This document shows positions 22,901 to 34,399 of a stretch of DNA of 64,000 nt, piece by piece (position 1 is the first letter of the stretch; the number at the start of each line of letters is the position of its first letter). The stretch comes from Tubiluchus corallicola (lineage: Eukaryota > Animalia > Priapulida), in NCBI GenBank assembly GCA_030141605.1, contig JAQGDQ010000501.1:32599-96598 (forward strand), in the 5' to 3' direction. The position numbers were made by a program, and so were the translations under genes. The notes beneath the pieces are model-generated. The model searched no databases, was not told the origin of the DNA, and worked only from the letters and a program-made list of their open reading frames with translations.

Positions 22901-25156
22901 CAAAGTCTGAATAAAATCAAGAATGTCTGTTTCATTTTTCATACTTGTCAAAGATGTCAGATTCTTCAAAGCATTTAAAATGTATGTTTCGCATTCAACT
23001 TCTGATACCTTGTCAGTTTCGTTACATAGAAATGGTAAAACTGTAACATCATATTCAACTAGAAATATTTCTTTTGTAATATTCGTTGCTTGAAGCAAAA
23101 TCTTACCGTCTCCAGCTGGAAGAGTTACCGGCGGAAGTATGGGCTCTGTGCTGCTGTATAAAAAATCTCCTTTAGACCCTTTCATTTCAGTCTTTCCTGC
23201 AAAATTTCTGTAATAAAAATCATAGGTGAAGAAGGTGCTGACGAAGCTACTATTGTCGCATTGTAACGAAAATTTTGTTTTCAGTGCTATTCCTTCGCTT
23301 GGAATAACAGAACAGGCAGTTTTGAATGGTGCTGGGTCATAAACAAACACTTCATAAAAGGCCGTTCCTGGAATACTAATAGCAGGACCACCCTTTACTT
23401 CTATCAGATACACATGTCCTGGAATGAAAACATCTTTTTTCAGGACAATTACATCAGTTCCCTTGCTGACAATGGCAAATGCTGTAATATTTAAGAGAGT
23501 GCTACCATCATTTAGCAAGGATCTTGCTCTTAGAGTCCAATAATAGATACCAGTTGATAAAGTATCGTTATTACAGCTCACACAAACGCTTTGCAGGATT
23601 AGGCTTTCAGCTTTGTTCACACTTCGTCTGCAGTTTTTAAAACAATTTATTTGGATAATTTCGGCTCCTGCTGGTATCACTTTTACTACTTGTTGTTTTA
23701 TTTCTGACGGCCGATTAGGCTTTCCCAACTCAAGAGTGAATACTAAAACTGAATCTTGTGGAAAAGTTTTGGCTGAAATTGTAAAAGTTGGTTTATTAAA
23801 TGAAAGAGCAGTAGTGTTACGTTCGATGCAGCCAATCCCCGTTGTGAATGAATAGCTAAACAAATCTAGCTCTATATAACAGCTCCACTTATAAGTTAGG
23901 TTAGTGTCGACTCCATTAGTTGCCACACAGGCATCATAAGAAGCTGACGCATCCATTGTTAGATTGTCTTTCCAGCTTATGTTTCTAAGAAATTCTCCAG
24001 CAATAATAGGTTCTAGCTTACTGGAAATAATAATCCATCCCAATGTGCCGGTAGGCTTATAGCTTCTACTATTCAACCCGCTCTGGTTTAAGGTCAATGT
24101 CGGTGTAAGGCTGACAGTGTATGTACCTGGTGCTAGAGTGCCAGTATTTACTGTGATAAACTTATCAGAATCTGTTTCTAGAGTTGTCTCGTTTGCAAGT
24201 TGACTTCCTTGCAGACAAGAATCCATATCTGACCCTGGCACCAAACTGAAATGCCAGGCGAGAGACGTGGAATAATTTATGGAACAGTTGGGTACCGTCA
24301 CAGAGGATGTCAGATTAAATGCTTCTGCTTCTTTAAATTTAGTTGGGTTATCTTTATAGTAACCAGCATTAATGATAATCACATCTACGTGACACAGCAC
24401 AACATTTACAGTATCCAATGCGCTCCAGATGTTGTTGTGATTCTCAGACAACGAACCCGAAATTTTAATCTTGTGAGAACCTTTCGTGAATCCATAGTCA
24501 CACTGATAAAAGAAACCCCGTATTGATCCATTTAGTAAGTTGCTCACCAACTGCAAGTCAAATTCCTTTGAATAATAATTGTAAATTAAATTTGCAGGGA
24601 AAAAATGCAAATAATTCAATGCGTGTGATTTATCGCGTCCCAAGTTCAAAACAAAAGTTACATCTGAGGACAATTGTTCAGCATATATGATAACACGATA
24701 ATAAGAACGTGTGAAACTTGTATTAAGTTTTTTTGTAACTATAGTTAAGCCTTCAACCTTATTTTGTTTACAATTAATTCCAGTCATTGTACGATTTGGG
24801 CATCTGTCACCTACGACGTAAACACTCCAATGTGTTTTGCTGCCACATACGTAGTTTTTATTGGGGTTACGTGTTTTACAACGTGCGGCACAATAACTTC
24901 CATTGTCTGCAAGTGACGTCGCAGTACTGTACTTTCTAGAGCATCCACACGTCTTACTGTTGTCCATTAGGGCATACTTACTGTTGTTTTTGTTGCAATA
25001 ATCAGGACATACATCCATGTAGTAGTGCTTCGTATCAAACGTTATGTCGAAGTCAGCCCATCTTTTATAACATCCCAGGTAAAACGTCACTGTGTTTAGA
25101 CTAAGTTTTGGAAGAGAACTGAAACACAGTATCAGTGCAATCCAAAATTTTGCCAT
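16991..25156 (-). CDS. Intronless polycystin-1 family protein (PKD1L/PKDREJ/REJ-like), 2721 aa
   Basis: Signal peptide; WSC-like domain (YLGCY..C..YC..YA....CGC..C..RC..CGS..WSVY); REJ region; GPS CLYWN..W...GC..IHCKCYHMT; TM1; cytoplasmic PLAT (YLIITFTGLRQGAGTTAKV..WHDNSG..WFL); HLWASVF.RPPRSSFTRVQRLSC; polycystin domain (YSGGGY, WIDDRTRALMIELTLFNSN); C-terminal TM bundle. Confidence 0.95.
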   Translation of the reverse strand: MAKFWIALILCFSSLPKLSLNTVTFYLGCYKRWADFDITFDTKHYYMDVCPDYCNKNNSKYALMDNSKTCGCSRKYSTATSLADNGSYCAARCKTRNPNKNYVCGSKTHWSVYVVGDRCPNRTMTGINCKQNKVEGLTIVTKKLNTSFTRSYYRVIIYAEQLSSDVTFVLNLGRDKSHALNYLHFFPANLIYNYYSKEFDLQLVSNLLNGSIRGFFYQCDYGFTKGSHKIKISGSLSENHNNIWSALDTVNVVLCHVDVIIINAGYYKDNPTKFKEAEAFNLTSSVTVPNCSINYSTSLAWHFSLVPGSDMDSCLQGSQLANETTLETDSDKFITVNTGTLAPGTYTVSLTPTLTLNQSGLNSRSYKPTGTLGWIIISSKLEPIIAGEFLRNISWKDNLTMDASASYDACVATNGVDTNLTYKWSCYIELDLFSYSFTTGIGCIERNTTALSFNKPTFTISAKTFPQDSVLVFTLELGKPNRPSEIKQQVVKVIPAGAEIIQINCFKNCRRSVNKAESLILQSVCVSCNNDTLSTGIYYWTLRARSLLNDGSTLLNITAFAIVSKGTDVIVLKKDVFIPGHVYLIEVKGGPAISIPGTAFYEVFVYDPAPFKTACSVIPSEGIALKTKFSLQCDNSSFVSTFFTYDFYYRNFAGKTEMKGSKGDFLYSSTEPILPPVTLPAGDGKILLQATNITKEIFLVEYDVTVLPFLCNETDKVSEVECETYILNALKNLTSLTSMKNETDILDFIQTLKVIMEEVSKIRKQNETEDPEFVQKVTEMKSEIQTLVVNQLIQVPVSTHKVMKFLSSMMSQVITSDADLSPEIIVPITAKFHDIATFMKQSTEDINVNDLEDTTSALLLAVSIILGETTKRTSTSNDDKFKQLSKRELQNTFRHKRENITQVKNIILKSIDTIQNASSAILHHKIVYDEPTTFTTNLLMLRVARQKVSHLGGSKLQLNGFGHFQLPSAAALSKMQEHEDELELEILSIKQNIFTPFESTLHSSIPIASLSIGRQLRHSRTEFDELSEPLEFFMDVAADAKYSKSSFVKLENHLSNKYITVHSFVLTAHTTAIMSFQDMPVGVALKVVTKTGKRPVIENFNDGSTVFHIPAINGGYYSRQFADNIVSFYNEQNVSIKYFAGILFDSYYEPSCFHPSLRCKSENVECMAGIYSDCDGSLHEATCKVNASSICSVDNCMQKYACYNDWVENCKNISRYCDSQHRQCLSVLDYKCSKHNVKCSHDCSKSLEIETCLQICTKKHQWCRQSSQFKCETVKSCVRNSDSACIDTLLVETKAQHCRYMMLKCDEQSSGECDTSFVSCNATCYQCLPKCDAEVTQNCVKACKNLRTSCYSMANQVCRQYVIKNNDNCANIPWKTNEEQNEAATPAFQEPDMTYFVFLHTADIKDSGTRARVYLRLHGNRRITNELLLSKRTFKRATVEKFTIESQSIGKLEKITVWHNNQGIGAGWLLEKIVVKDEQLEFTCPCMTWLAGSPLENEKIFSCYVVANLTPTVNPPIQRVDFNLSFYSVKCLYWNISLYNWLDGGCFVGPLTTPSRIHCKCYHMTMFTGAIVVKPNEINPLEDVVLFATFFDNPVIIVFMLVVWLLYLTLLIYARINDQKDTTRVGVTVLEDNNPIDKYPYLIITFTGLRQGAGTTAKVTFLIEGKNGNSLPIKLYHKGRSTFDSGADDWFLMTTHQCLGEITAVEIWHDNSGYDPNWFLKLVILKDVQTNAVWCFPYNNWLAIDRGPQTVKCRLFPAFKHELVRFTHIFAYRALLGFRDGHLWASVFYRPPRSSFTRVQRLSCALSLMLTAMLSNIMFYGIATNKPETQIIVGDIRLSWTQIYVGVASVLITFPINILIIQMFRSAKPYPGNHFKPFSFGWCFRRNRDHTENESLIESDFSRNFEETAKENVVLFGSETDWLKWINNTSHIEIETLNEIQHNIAEARRIIEILPKCVPALDQNRHSTRKSVISLKRNPYIYSTNISRKNRVESNIDIAYKYSDDFSIDSQSTSSTMSTDDHIKSIPFPFSLCTGKDVYGSPVVILPWWFVYIAWLLTISISLICTYLVMLYGLKFGYQKSVEWLLSMLVSVMSSICLTQPAKVLILALVITLIFNHPPEIEPAMAELQLLQVEESNRLQSDWLVKHRIITERRYKYRPPKESEIAVIREKLLQKQNFNKIMSELLLFSFFALVLSTLVFNFRDKSFFWVTKTVKDLAINGAYYQGNTTFAAITDVPGIWDYVSNSLLPSLTPGSLYNGQPVPFVVAADLVTRLIGVVRFRQVRVKPGQCSVISIFEPYGRKCTGEYHWHREDTTSYGPGWSYSRYPSYPPDHWTFQSSLSLWTPAFPGRFHLYSGGGYLVELTHSTAENRAIIESLINSRWIDDRTRALMIELTLFNSNTNLFSIVILIVEFTGLGTVTPFYSISTMDLAKYATFLDVHVMVTEGICLIILIIFICMEVKKFNVIKFEYFRNNWNYVLLTIVILSAVRIVVFYRRTIAVNTLLEKNFKGKQSSFVNFYEVVSWHYLFTITLGTLVISVTIYLWHMLLLNKSMSVYWLTFSLSFRPMLHFWLLVFIFLVPFVLVLTTLLSANIQEDFSTYAKTLQTLLRMIFRSGKFCALETLQWGLGSLFVVIFIFISIVILLCMLRTILMLSHRIAVQRWLNMKNHYDIFYHFYHYITQKMPWLQRKQDAAKILPRRSIFRFTGFPLHDRYSIDESNCC

Positions 25157-25371
25157 TGCAACCTCAAATATTTTGTCATCAGTATTCGATACTGCAGGAG
25201 ATACTGAATACGAATTGCTTGAGCCAAGAGCATCAAATTATGTGATGTCTAACCTTTCAGAAAAGTGAGTTCGTATCACTTGGCAGGATTAGGAAAATTA
25301 TAGAACGCACTGTTGTTACGACGCCGATTGTTTTCTGTGCTTCTATTGTTTTCTAGCAAAGTTTACATCGC

Positions 25372-25674
25372 ATATATTAATTCTACTGGTATATATATAT
25401 ATATATAAGATTCGAGGCTACAGCTCCGACGACGGCACCATTTGCGGCGATCTATACATCAAACGAAAGGTCTCGATCTAGTGTCGTGCCATTGGGGTTT
25501 TATTTTTCGAATCGGGCCCACCTCGACTTTAATTCAGCAAAAAGCTACAGGCTTTGCGTTAGTTAAACAAACAGTAGGCATGATGTTACGGGCTTTGTGT
25601 TATAAATGAGGACTAGGTAGGATGTTGATTACACGTGGTTTTTTACGCAAAATCTTTTGCGGGGCCTTTGCTAG
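25372..25674 (+). mobile_element. Internally deleted Helitron-like copy, followed directly by another 5' end
   Basis: Same family as 13379-14194; ends GCGGGGCCTTTGCTAG, then TCTATATATTAATATTCTTGGT. Confidence 0.7.
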
Positions 25675-27860
25675 TCTATATATTAATATTCTTGGTATAT
25701 ATATATATATATCATTTTCCTTGTGGTGGTGAAGTTGTAATTGGACCTCTTAAATAATAATAATATAATAAAATTCTTTATTGCTGTTAAAATTACACAT
25801 TGATGAACTATAAACTACATTCCAAAAATTGATAGTGCAATCAGTGTTTCCACTGCTGTGAGCAATAGTGTTAAAAAATTAATTTACAATTTAAAAACAC
25901 AAGTGATGTTATAATTAATTACACTAAAGCTTGAAATACATTTAAGACTTTAAAACTTTACAATACTTACAAATTTAAATTCAAATTAGGTGATTTATGG
26001 ATGTTTTGTGTGTGGTGGGTTTTACTTCGTTGATTTGATGCTAATGCATGGCAGGTTTTAATATGCCACTAACTACAGCTATTGGGTCAACGTTGATAAT
26101 ACGTGTTGTTTGTTGTTTTCATATTAGTTATTTTTTGAAGGCTACTATAGTATTTTTCAGTTCATTTTTGATTTTTTTAGAGTCACTGCAGATTTTACAT
26201 TAAGTGGGCAAACATTCTATGTATTTATTGCCGTTTTGCAGACTGAATTGTGTCCACATTTATTATTTGTATTTATTTGTTTTATGCTGTGTTTTCTTTG
26301 GTTTAGCGTTTTTTCCATATTAAATGGGAGCTGATTGGCACTGAAAGCTCGCATCAAATCGTTTAAATATTTACAAAGAAAAATTAGTGAATGCAATTGG
26401 AAATTGGATTCTACAGTGGGCATTTTTTGTTTTTCCCTGTTCGCTGTAGCTGAACATTTTGCACTTGTTGTGAAACAAAGGACGTGTTTTAAAGCGTTAT
26501 TTTGGACCAGTTCTAACCTGTTTAAAGAAGCTTTAGATATAGTTGAGAGTAGCCCTAAACGTTCTCGGCAACCTCCTCATCTTGGTGACGTCCATTACTA
26601 TGGCCCTACCGGAAAACGTACTCATTACCTGAAGCGGCACTCCCCTCGATTTCTCTTGGCAGAAGTGTTTACTCAGTGAAACTACATCGCCTGTATAAGA
26701 TCATTTAAAGACCATTAATTTACTATCGTCCTATCTGCACAAATAACCAAGAGTTACTACTTAGTAGCACGAACAACTTCAGCGATACTTCTTCGTAGCT
26801 CTAAGTTATAAATATTTGTAAATTTTCAGAAAGATGCTCACAAGCTTATTTTTCCAGACCATCTCCTATTTGCAGTTCTTCGAGTGAAGTTTTAAATGGA
26901 AATTTTAAAAAAAAATTATAAACTAAGTAACTTTCGTTTAAATTAAAATTAATTTTAATTTTAAATTAAACATGGAAATTGGTTATGGTTATATTAATGG
27001 TTATTGCAGTATGGTCATGATGCTTATTATACAGGTTCCGTGCTCTGCTCACTCCTAAACATCGGACTTGATTTCTTATTTCAGTAAACTTTTTACCTGT
27101 TAATTTTGCTTACGTCTGTAAAATGTAAGTGTTACTTTTGTTGCATTGGATACTCTGCGTATGAAATTTTGCAGAAACGCAACAAGAAGTTTTCTCGGAA
27201 GGAAACCTGTTTTGAGCATCCTGGCTGGTGGTAGACCTTTCATTCTTTGCTGATAGCCATTATGTTGCTTTAAACCGGAATTTATACACTAATGCTGGCA
27301 CTCATCCTTCTGAAGTCTTGTCGTTTAGCTGTACCATTGGAATAGTTACATTTAAAGTGCTCTTTCCCCATAAATAAATTATTTAATTAAAATCTCTCTT
27401 TTTAGAGCGCTCCCTCCTAGGGTTAGGCTGGATTTAGTTTGTATAATTGGTATGCAAATGGAATACAACTTGAACGCTTAAAAATCGATATTTCCTCAAA
27501 AGTGAAACACCCAAAGAAAATTTTTAGTTTAGTTAATAAATAATTTTGTAAATTGTTAACTCGCTCTTACGTTGCATTTGAAACTCTTGGAGTCACGTTG
27601 TGGTAGGCATTATTCAGCTTCCCTTTATTATGCAAACTCCATTCAAAGTGGGAGCCTTGATTATAAAGAGCGGGGATAGTGTTGCGGATTTGAGCTTCGC
27701 CCTGTTTTGTGTTCAAACTTTCACTTTGATATGAGGCCTGCATGCTATTTCAAAGATACTTTAAAGTAAAACACCCCTCAAGATCACAATGTAATAATCT
27801 TACCTGCATAAAATTCACAATTCCTACCTTCTGATTGGCTCAAAATAAAATACTTATCTA

Positions 27861-28315
27861 CCGTATTTTCCCGTGTATAAGAGACCCTTTTTTGCTCAGA
27901 ATTTTCACTTTAAAAATAGGGGGTCTCTTATACATGGGAGTAAGTCTTTTCAATAAGATGCATAAATTGTGACACTAATGATTTTAAAGAAATAAGTGCT
28001 CTACAACTGTTTTGCGTGTCGCGTTCGACTATGAAGCGGTTGTAAGCAATACAAGCATCGTGACACAGGCATTATCTCCTCGTTTTCTCTTTTCCTGTTA
28101 CAGGTTTGCAGGTACGCACTTTAATATATACCAGTACTCTTTTTCTACAACACATTAACTGGTTTTATTTTGTTTTCAGTACCGCACTGAGTTGAAAAAA
28201 GTTGTACTCTACCCTCTAAAAATGTCCGTCTGAAAAAACTTTTTTCCAGAATTTTTGCCTAAAAATTGAAGGGGTCTCTTATACACAAGGGTCTCTTATA
28301 CACGGGAAAATACGG
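27861..28315. mobile_element. Tc1/mariner-pogo type MITE
   Basis: TIRs CCGTATTTTCCCGTGTATAAGAGACCC / GGGTCTCTTATACACGGGAAAATACGG with TA on both sides. Confidence 0.9.
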
Positions 28316-28729
28316 TATATTTAAATACTTATCTATTTCACCTGTACAAAGTCTATGAATATAAGCGCTACATTCAGTTTCCTTGAGTTCAGTATTTGCT
28401 GGAGTTTGAGCTCCAAACAGGACAAGCCTGCACCTGTCCTCCCAGGACTTGTCTCCCAACTGTTTCGGCACAAATGTGAGGATTTGGCACCACCACGAGA
28501 GTAGTTTACTCTTTATGTTTTGTTTTTTTTTGTTTGATCAGCTACTCAAGATTCGTCATAAAGTTTTATTCACTGTGAAAATAACAGTTTGCTGATTTCA
28601 AGTTTTACTAACAAAAACAATAGTCATTAACAATAGTCAGTGAAGCATTTTGCTACAGTCTTATGCCACTCTTTCAGAGCTGGTGAATGTGTCTTGGTCG
28701 TTTGGTTTACTAATCTCGTAGGTATTTGT

Positions 28730-28952
28730 GGTATCTTGCAATAGAACAAGGCAAAATTATTCTCTGGAGACTTCCGTGCGTCGAACAGCTAAAGTATCAT
28801 TTGGTCAATTTTTCTCAAATCGTGTTGTACAGACCTGGAACTCATTGCCTGCATATGTTGATGGTGCACCCCTCGTAACTGCACAAAATATTAACTTATT
28901 TAAATGCCGCTTACATAAAGTTAACTTGTATAAATTCCTTATACACAATTGA
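28730..28952 (+). mobile_element. CR1-like LINE 3' fragment
   Basis: FFSNRVVQTWNSLP..NINLFKCRL motif. Confidence 0.7.
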
Positions 28953-29943
28953 CACATGTGAGCAGTTAATCTTTTTGTGTCTTTACCACACTCTTGTAAA
29001 TATTTTATTTGTATGTTTTTTGCCAATGTGTTTTATATTATATTGTTTTTATTGCAGACTAGGGGTCATTACTTCATAGTGAAACACTTGTTGAACGTGT
29101 AATTTGATATGCGCTTTGGAATTTTATAGCCTGAGACAAGTATAATGATAATGATAAAGATGATGGTAATGATGATGGTTATGATGGCGATAATGATGGT
29201 AAATAAAACTAAAGAACGCCAAAGGCCTTAATGCAAAAGCCATAACCATTTGGCTTTCTTACATCGATTCGGTTTTCTATTTATTAAGTGATAAATAACA
29301 AATTTGAGTCAAATTTTGTATTTTATGCCTTCTAGAAAATAAAATTCTCTTCCAAAGAAATTTGCCTATTGCGACATTTTTGTTCATTAAGTGCAACTCT
29401 GCATAAGGCTATAAAGAACGATTATGTCCTCATTTAACAGATGCCGGTTTACTCTCAGTAAACGATAAAAAAACACTCTTGGGGAATAATTTGCTTCTCA
29501 TTAAATCCGTGCTTACCAGCTGGATGAGTTCCTCTATTAATCAATAAATTAATTATTGAGATAATTATCTCTCTTATCAAATCAGGGAGACATCCGATTT
29601 ATCAAATGAATCTAATTCAGTTGATAATTCCATTAATTTATCACCAAATTATCGATTCATAAATTTATTCACGACATAAATAACTTGAACATCGCCATAA
29701 CGTTAACTTTCTTTTTTATTAGGAGAAATACTCTAAGTCTTAGTATTTTTGGCAATATATTCATTGATGAATAACTGTGACGGATTTTCTAATGTGTCTG
29801 TAATGTTAACTTTCTATTTTACTAAGACAAACAGTATATCTCTTGTACAAATAACATGTAAATATTCTAATGTATTTGTCACGTTAACTTCCTGTTTTAA
29901 TAAGAAAAAAAAGTAAAAAAAATCTGCAAATTCTACCAACTGT

Positions 29944-32900
29944 TCAATGTAAACAACGCCTGGGACTATTCTTGTATTTCATTTCCAACTCGCACTTAAG
30001 GTGATCGTAAATGAGACGATTTCTGGCGATTTCTTCGTTTCTGGTCTGATGAAACGAGGCATGTGTCTTCAGTCCTAGATGTATGAGGAAAGCGTTGCTG
30101 AGCACAGCGAATCTATAACCTGCCATGTGAAGCTCACACACCTGCAACAGGGTATCAGTTATGAAGTTTACACAAAGACTGCGAAAGTTAGTTATGAAGT
30201 TGAAATTGAACACTTGTAGAAAACAACTGAACACCATATTACATGTTTGCACAAAAACTGAAACACTTTTATTACACTACATAGATATATGTAACATGAC
30301 TGCTAAACTACACACTGAGGACCAGAGTGTCCTGCACTGATCACTAAGAATTAGACAGTGAGTCACATAAGTAGATCGACTGCACGTCACTGAGAGCGTG
30401 ACAGAGAGACAGTGGCTAGAAGTTAAAATCTAGGCAGTTTATATAGGTAGAGAACTATGCAAAAACTTGGCTTCACATATCCCATTACAGTAAAAATAGG
30501 GGAGATCCAGTGAGTTTGCATATTCACTGGACCGAACAATTGTACTAGGGGTGAGTTTAACTAGTAGCATGTTAAAGTGACTAATCAATAGATGGTAGCA
30601 CCTAAAATATACAGTTACAACTTTCACAAAGACCATGCAGCTTGAATCGGTATGCAAGCCCTAGTATTCGCTACTGTGCGAAAATTTGCAACTAATAACT
30701 AATATGCGACTTCGGAACAGGCTTGCCCCATTGTGCCAGGTGTCAAACATTTTAGCTGCACGCTACATTAGGCAACCGGAATATTCAGTAGGGTAGATTC
30801 GCGCTAATAATTTTGCTCTGTGTTAGGATCCGCCTGCCGATTTAAATTTAAGCGCCAGGTTGGCTTCTCACCTGTATTCTGTACTTGCTTTTGACCTAGT
30901 TAGGGAGAGTTGTTATTGAGGTGGAAGTAATGTCGGCTGCTCAGGATGACAGCCCTGGTGTTTTATTTTTGTTAATTTGTGTTTACTGGCAATAAAAATG
31001 AAGTAAAGTCGCAAATGCATCTCCGTTTATTCACCATGTTTTTGTAACCAATTCCAACTCATAACATCTGCGTTATTTAAAATGCTGCAAAAGTGCCAAA
31101 ACACACTAAATCACCAAGGGGAGTCGAGCAAGTCAGCAGTTGGAAAGCGCACAAGTAAGATTTTTTGGGCATTTTACAAGATGTGGACGCAATAAACGTT
31201 TATACGTAAAAGGCAACGAAACCAAAGATTGTTTGTTGTTGTTACAAATGACCGAGTTCTCCAATGCCCATTGTAGTGCTGAGAACGAGCAGACTTAATT
31301 ACTAATGCGAAAATATTCTGTGTTATTGCCTACAGCGCCTCTCTCACCCTGGTATATAATGCAACAGTTCTGCAGTATTGTCAGCCACCATCTTTGTTAT
31401 TAGTTAATTAGTTAGTGGCCTGATTCACCCTGCATGCTTTCATGTAAAGTCAGAAATTCTTTGACGTTTATTTTGATGATTATATATTAGACTAAAAGTA
31501 AATTGGTGCACTGAAGTAGACAAAATTCTGCTCAGCAATGAGCGTGTTGTTGCACCATGTGGGTTCAGTTTATTGCAATAGTATCACTCTGGCGCTACCT
31601 GGTGTGATAAACCTGAAATTAATTTATTCAGTGTAATGATGTGATTCAATAACATAGAGAAGCAAACAATAGAAAAATAAATAACAAAAAAAAGGTGAAA
31701 ATGGGAAATTACAAAAGTTAAGTAAAAAAATGGCGTTTTCCTAATTGATTTCTGATCTACAGCAAAAATAGCAGATTATTGCATTAATTTACAAGATAAA
31801 GATAATTTACTCTAAATTAATTAACAGAACTTACAATTTGATGATTAAAATGGCTTCCTGGATAACAAAACAGTATTTAATGATTTCATCAGAACTACGG
31901 CAGTAAGAAAAAGCTATAAACCGTGTATACGTGTAAGTATGAACAGGTGAAACAGGTCAAGTCATGTGACCATACCTAAAGTTGGCTTCTGATATCTGGT
32001 TGGCTGTAATGAATGGCAAAGTTAAAAAAGGTTGAACTAAAAAGATTAACTAGGTGCCAAATACGCAAACAAATAATCTTTAATGGACTTCAGAAACCTG
32101 TCAGAATCGAGTATAATTCGACATCTGATTGTGGCTAAAATTCTTTAGCTGATTCAGTGTCTCACCATTGAGAAATCAACTTTGAGAAGACAAAACAACA
32201 CAATAAGATTCCGGTGCCGCCACAGCCACCGTCTTGAGTAGACCAAACCACTGAACACTTAATTCCATGTTAGGTTGCATTGAACTGAATAAAAAATTGA
32301 CCTAGTCCAACGACAAAAACAAAAACAATATTTATTTACTAAGACCTTATGTATGTAATCTTTGTTTTTCGGGCTCAGAAAGTTTTTGACTTCGTCCTTG
32401 TGTTAAATTGCCCGTGTGGAAATGCAGCAGCCCCTATTATCACTGAATTTTAGCAATAATATTCAATATAAGAAGTCTTTTCTTTTAGTTCTTTTTTTAT
32501 AATTGCGCGGAACTAGAGGGCGTGGGGGTAGTCTGTTTGTTTCACAGCTCAGCACAGTGTGCTCCAGTAATGCGGTGTTTGGAAGATGTGAGCATGCGGC
32601 CAGGTAGAGAAAGTACTGTCGCTCACACAGTGTGTTCTCAGTTGTCACGTGCTTACCGTGAATAGATAAAGCTTAAACTATCAGACTATTCGTAAGCAAA
32701 AAATGTTTTTGTTTAGGATTTTATCAAGTTTATGTATAAACTTTCATATGTTTGTTTGTTTGTTTAAAATTACAACTGCAATATATGTTTGTTTCGTTTC
32801 ACACTTTAACAATGGCTAAAAATTTTCTGAAGCAGCACCCCCACTAATTTTAGGTACGAGCTGCCATCGGTAATCGTGTCTGTCTTTATCTGTAAACTAT

Positions 32901-34399
32901 GTCCAACTTTGCCTTTGTCTTTGGCCTAAGTCCCGTCTCTGCATTTGTATTTATCTTTGGGTAAAGTCCAATTTTGCTTTTGTCTTTGGGCTAAGTCCGT
33001 CTCTACTTTTGTATTTACCTTTGGGCTAAGTCTATGTTTGTCTTTATCTGTAAACTAAGCCCAATTTTGCCTTTGTCTTTGGGCTAAGTCCGTCTCTACT
33101 TTTGTATTTATCTTCGGCTTAAGTCTAATTTTGCCTTTCTCTATGGGTTAAGTCCGTCCCTACTTTTGTATTTATCTTTGGGCTAAGTCCAATTTTGTAT
33201 TTAGCCAGTTCAGCAGAATGTGCTCAGAACTCAGTTACATGGTCTGCCCATGTGAAACCATTAAAGAAGACAGAAAATTGAAAGAAACAACATATTTTCA
33301 CCTGTGAGCTCCTGTCGCGACCATACCCACGAAACCTTTCGTCGTATTTTGGGAAACCCTTTCTGATTATATAGTATGGCTCCCACCTGTGACGTCTCGC
33401 CACATCGTAAAGCACTCGCATGTTTGTACTGGAATCATTTAGCCATCGTTTGTAGTTTGTTAAGTTCTGACAATGAGAACAGGTTTCGACATGAAATGGC
33501 CTGATGGTTACGTTTTTTGCCAACATCTCAATCAGTTCCTGTTTATTGTCAGGTAATTGTGCATCTTTATCCATTTCAAAAACTGGAACGACGTAAGCAA
33601 CATTGTCGTCGGCGACATTATTCTTTTGTTGAAGTCGGGATAAATTGTTTTCTCGGAGAAAACCCAAAAAATCTTCTTGCAGGTCAACATTGACAACCAT
33701 GTCAACATCTGTAACAAAGACGAATTCGGTAGAAGCGCCATCTATGGCAACGTTGCGCAACAAGTTGATGGGATAAAGAAATTTCTTATTGTGGCAATAA
33801 GGGCTTAGCTGCTTTAGAGAACAATAGTCCATCCAGTTTGTAGGTTTTTGAAACGGCTGAACTGTGCACTCACCGCCACTGGTAATCCTGTCAACTTCAT
33901 GAAGACAATAAAGTGTTGTTAAATTGAATTGTGTCAAATCACGTGGTCGCACTAAATGAAACGACACACGCTGGCGTACAGTAAAATGACAGTTACGTAA
34001 GTGGCAAATACGTTGAACGACACTTGCAATGTCGTCATTGTTAGAAACAAACACGGCTATTGAAACAGGACCTTGCCAACACTGACTCAACAATATCAAA
34101 TATGGCAGATTGTCCACGGTTGCCTGGGTGACGAGAGTCACATCAGTGACGTCACTACCGTGTTGACGTTTTGCATCACTTGCTTCAACGCTACGCATGA
34201 AGTTATAGACGACGTCATACTGAATTTCGCTGTCATACAGTAGTTTCGTTATTTTCGTTACCTCATTTCGGTAATACTTACACGTCCATGCCTTCTCGAA
34301 CCTTAAAACACCCGTCTTGAGGCCAACAAAGCCGATGTAAAGCAAGAAAAGAACCACAAATATAAAAACTAATTGCAGTTTTAATATGATTTTCCTCAT
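29944..34399 (-). CDS. B4GAT1: Beta-1,4-glucuronyltransferase 1-like (GT49), two exons, ~431 aa
   Basis: Exon 1 34399-33302: type II TM anchor, DVTLVTQAT, WQGPVSIAVF, YPINLLRNVA, DVD (DxD), VVPVFE, WEPYYI, YDERFRGYG.DR.SQ|GT. Exon 2 30141-29944: AG|VCELHMAGYRFAVLSNAFLIHLG..RRC. The join is phase 0. Confidence 0.9.
30821..31066 (+). mobile_element. Solo LTR (246 bp)
   Basis: TGTTA...TAACA termini, internal AATAAA and a 4-bp TSD TCTG (30817-30820, 31067-31070). Confidence 0.7.
32880..33200. repeat. Degenerate ~28-30-bp minisatellite
   Basis: Recurrent TTTG(T/C)..TCTTTGGGCTAAGTCC motif. Confidence 0.75.

Noticed and set aside
25700-27800. Short ORFs (26217-26423, 26335-26679)
   Set aside because: No recognisable motifs or consistent splice structure.
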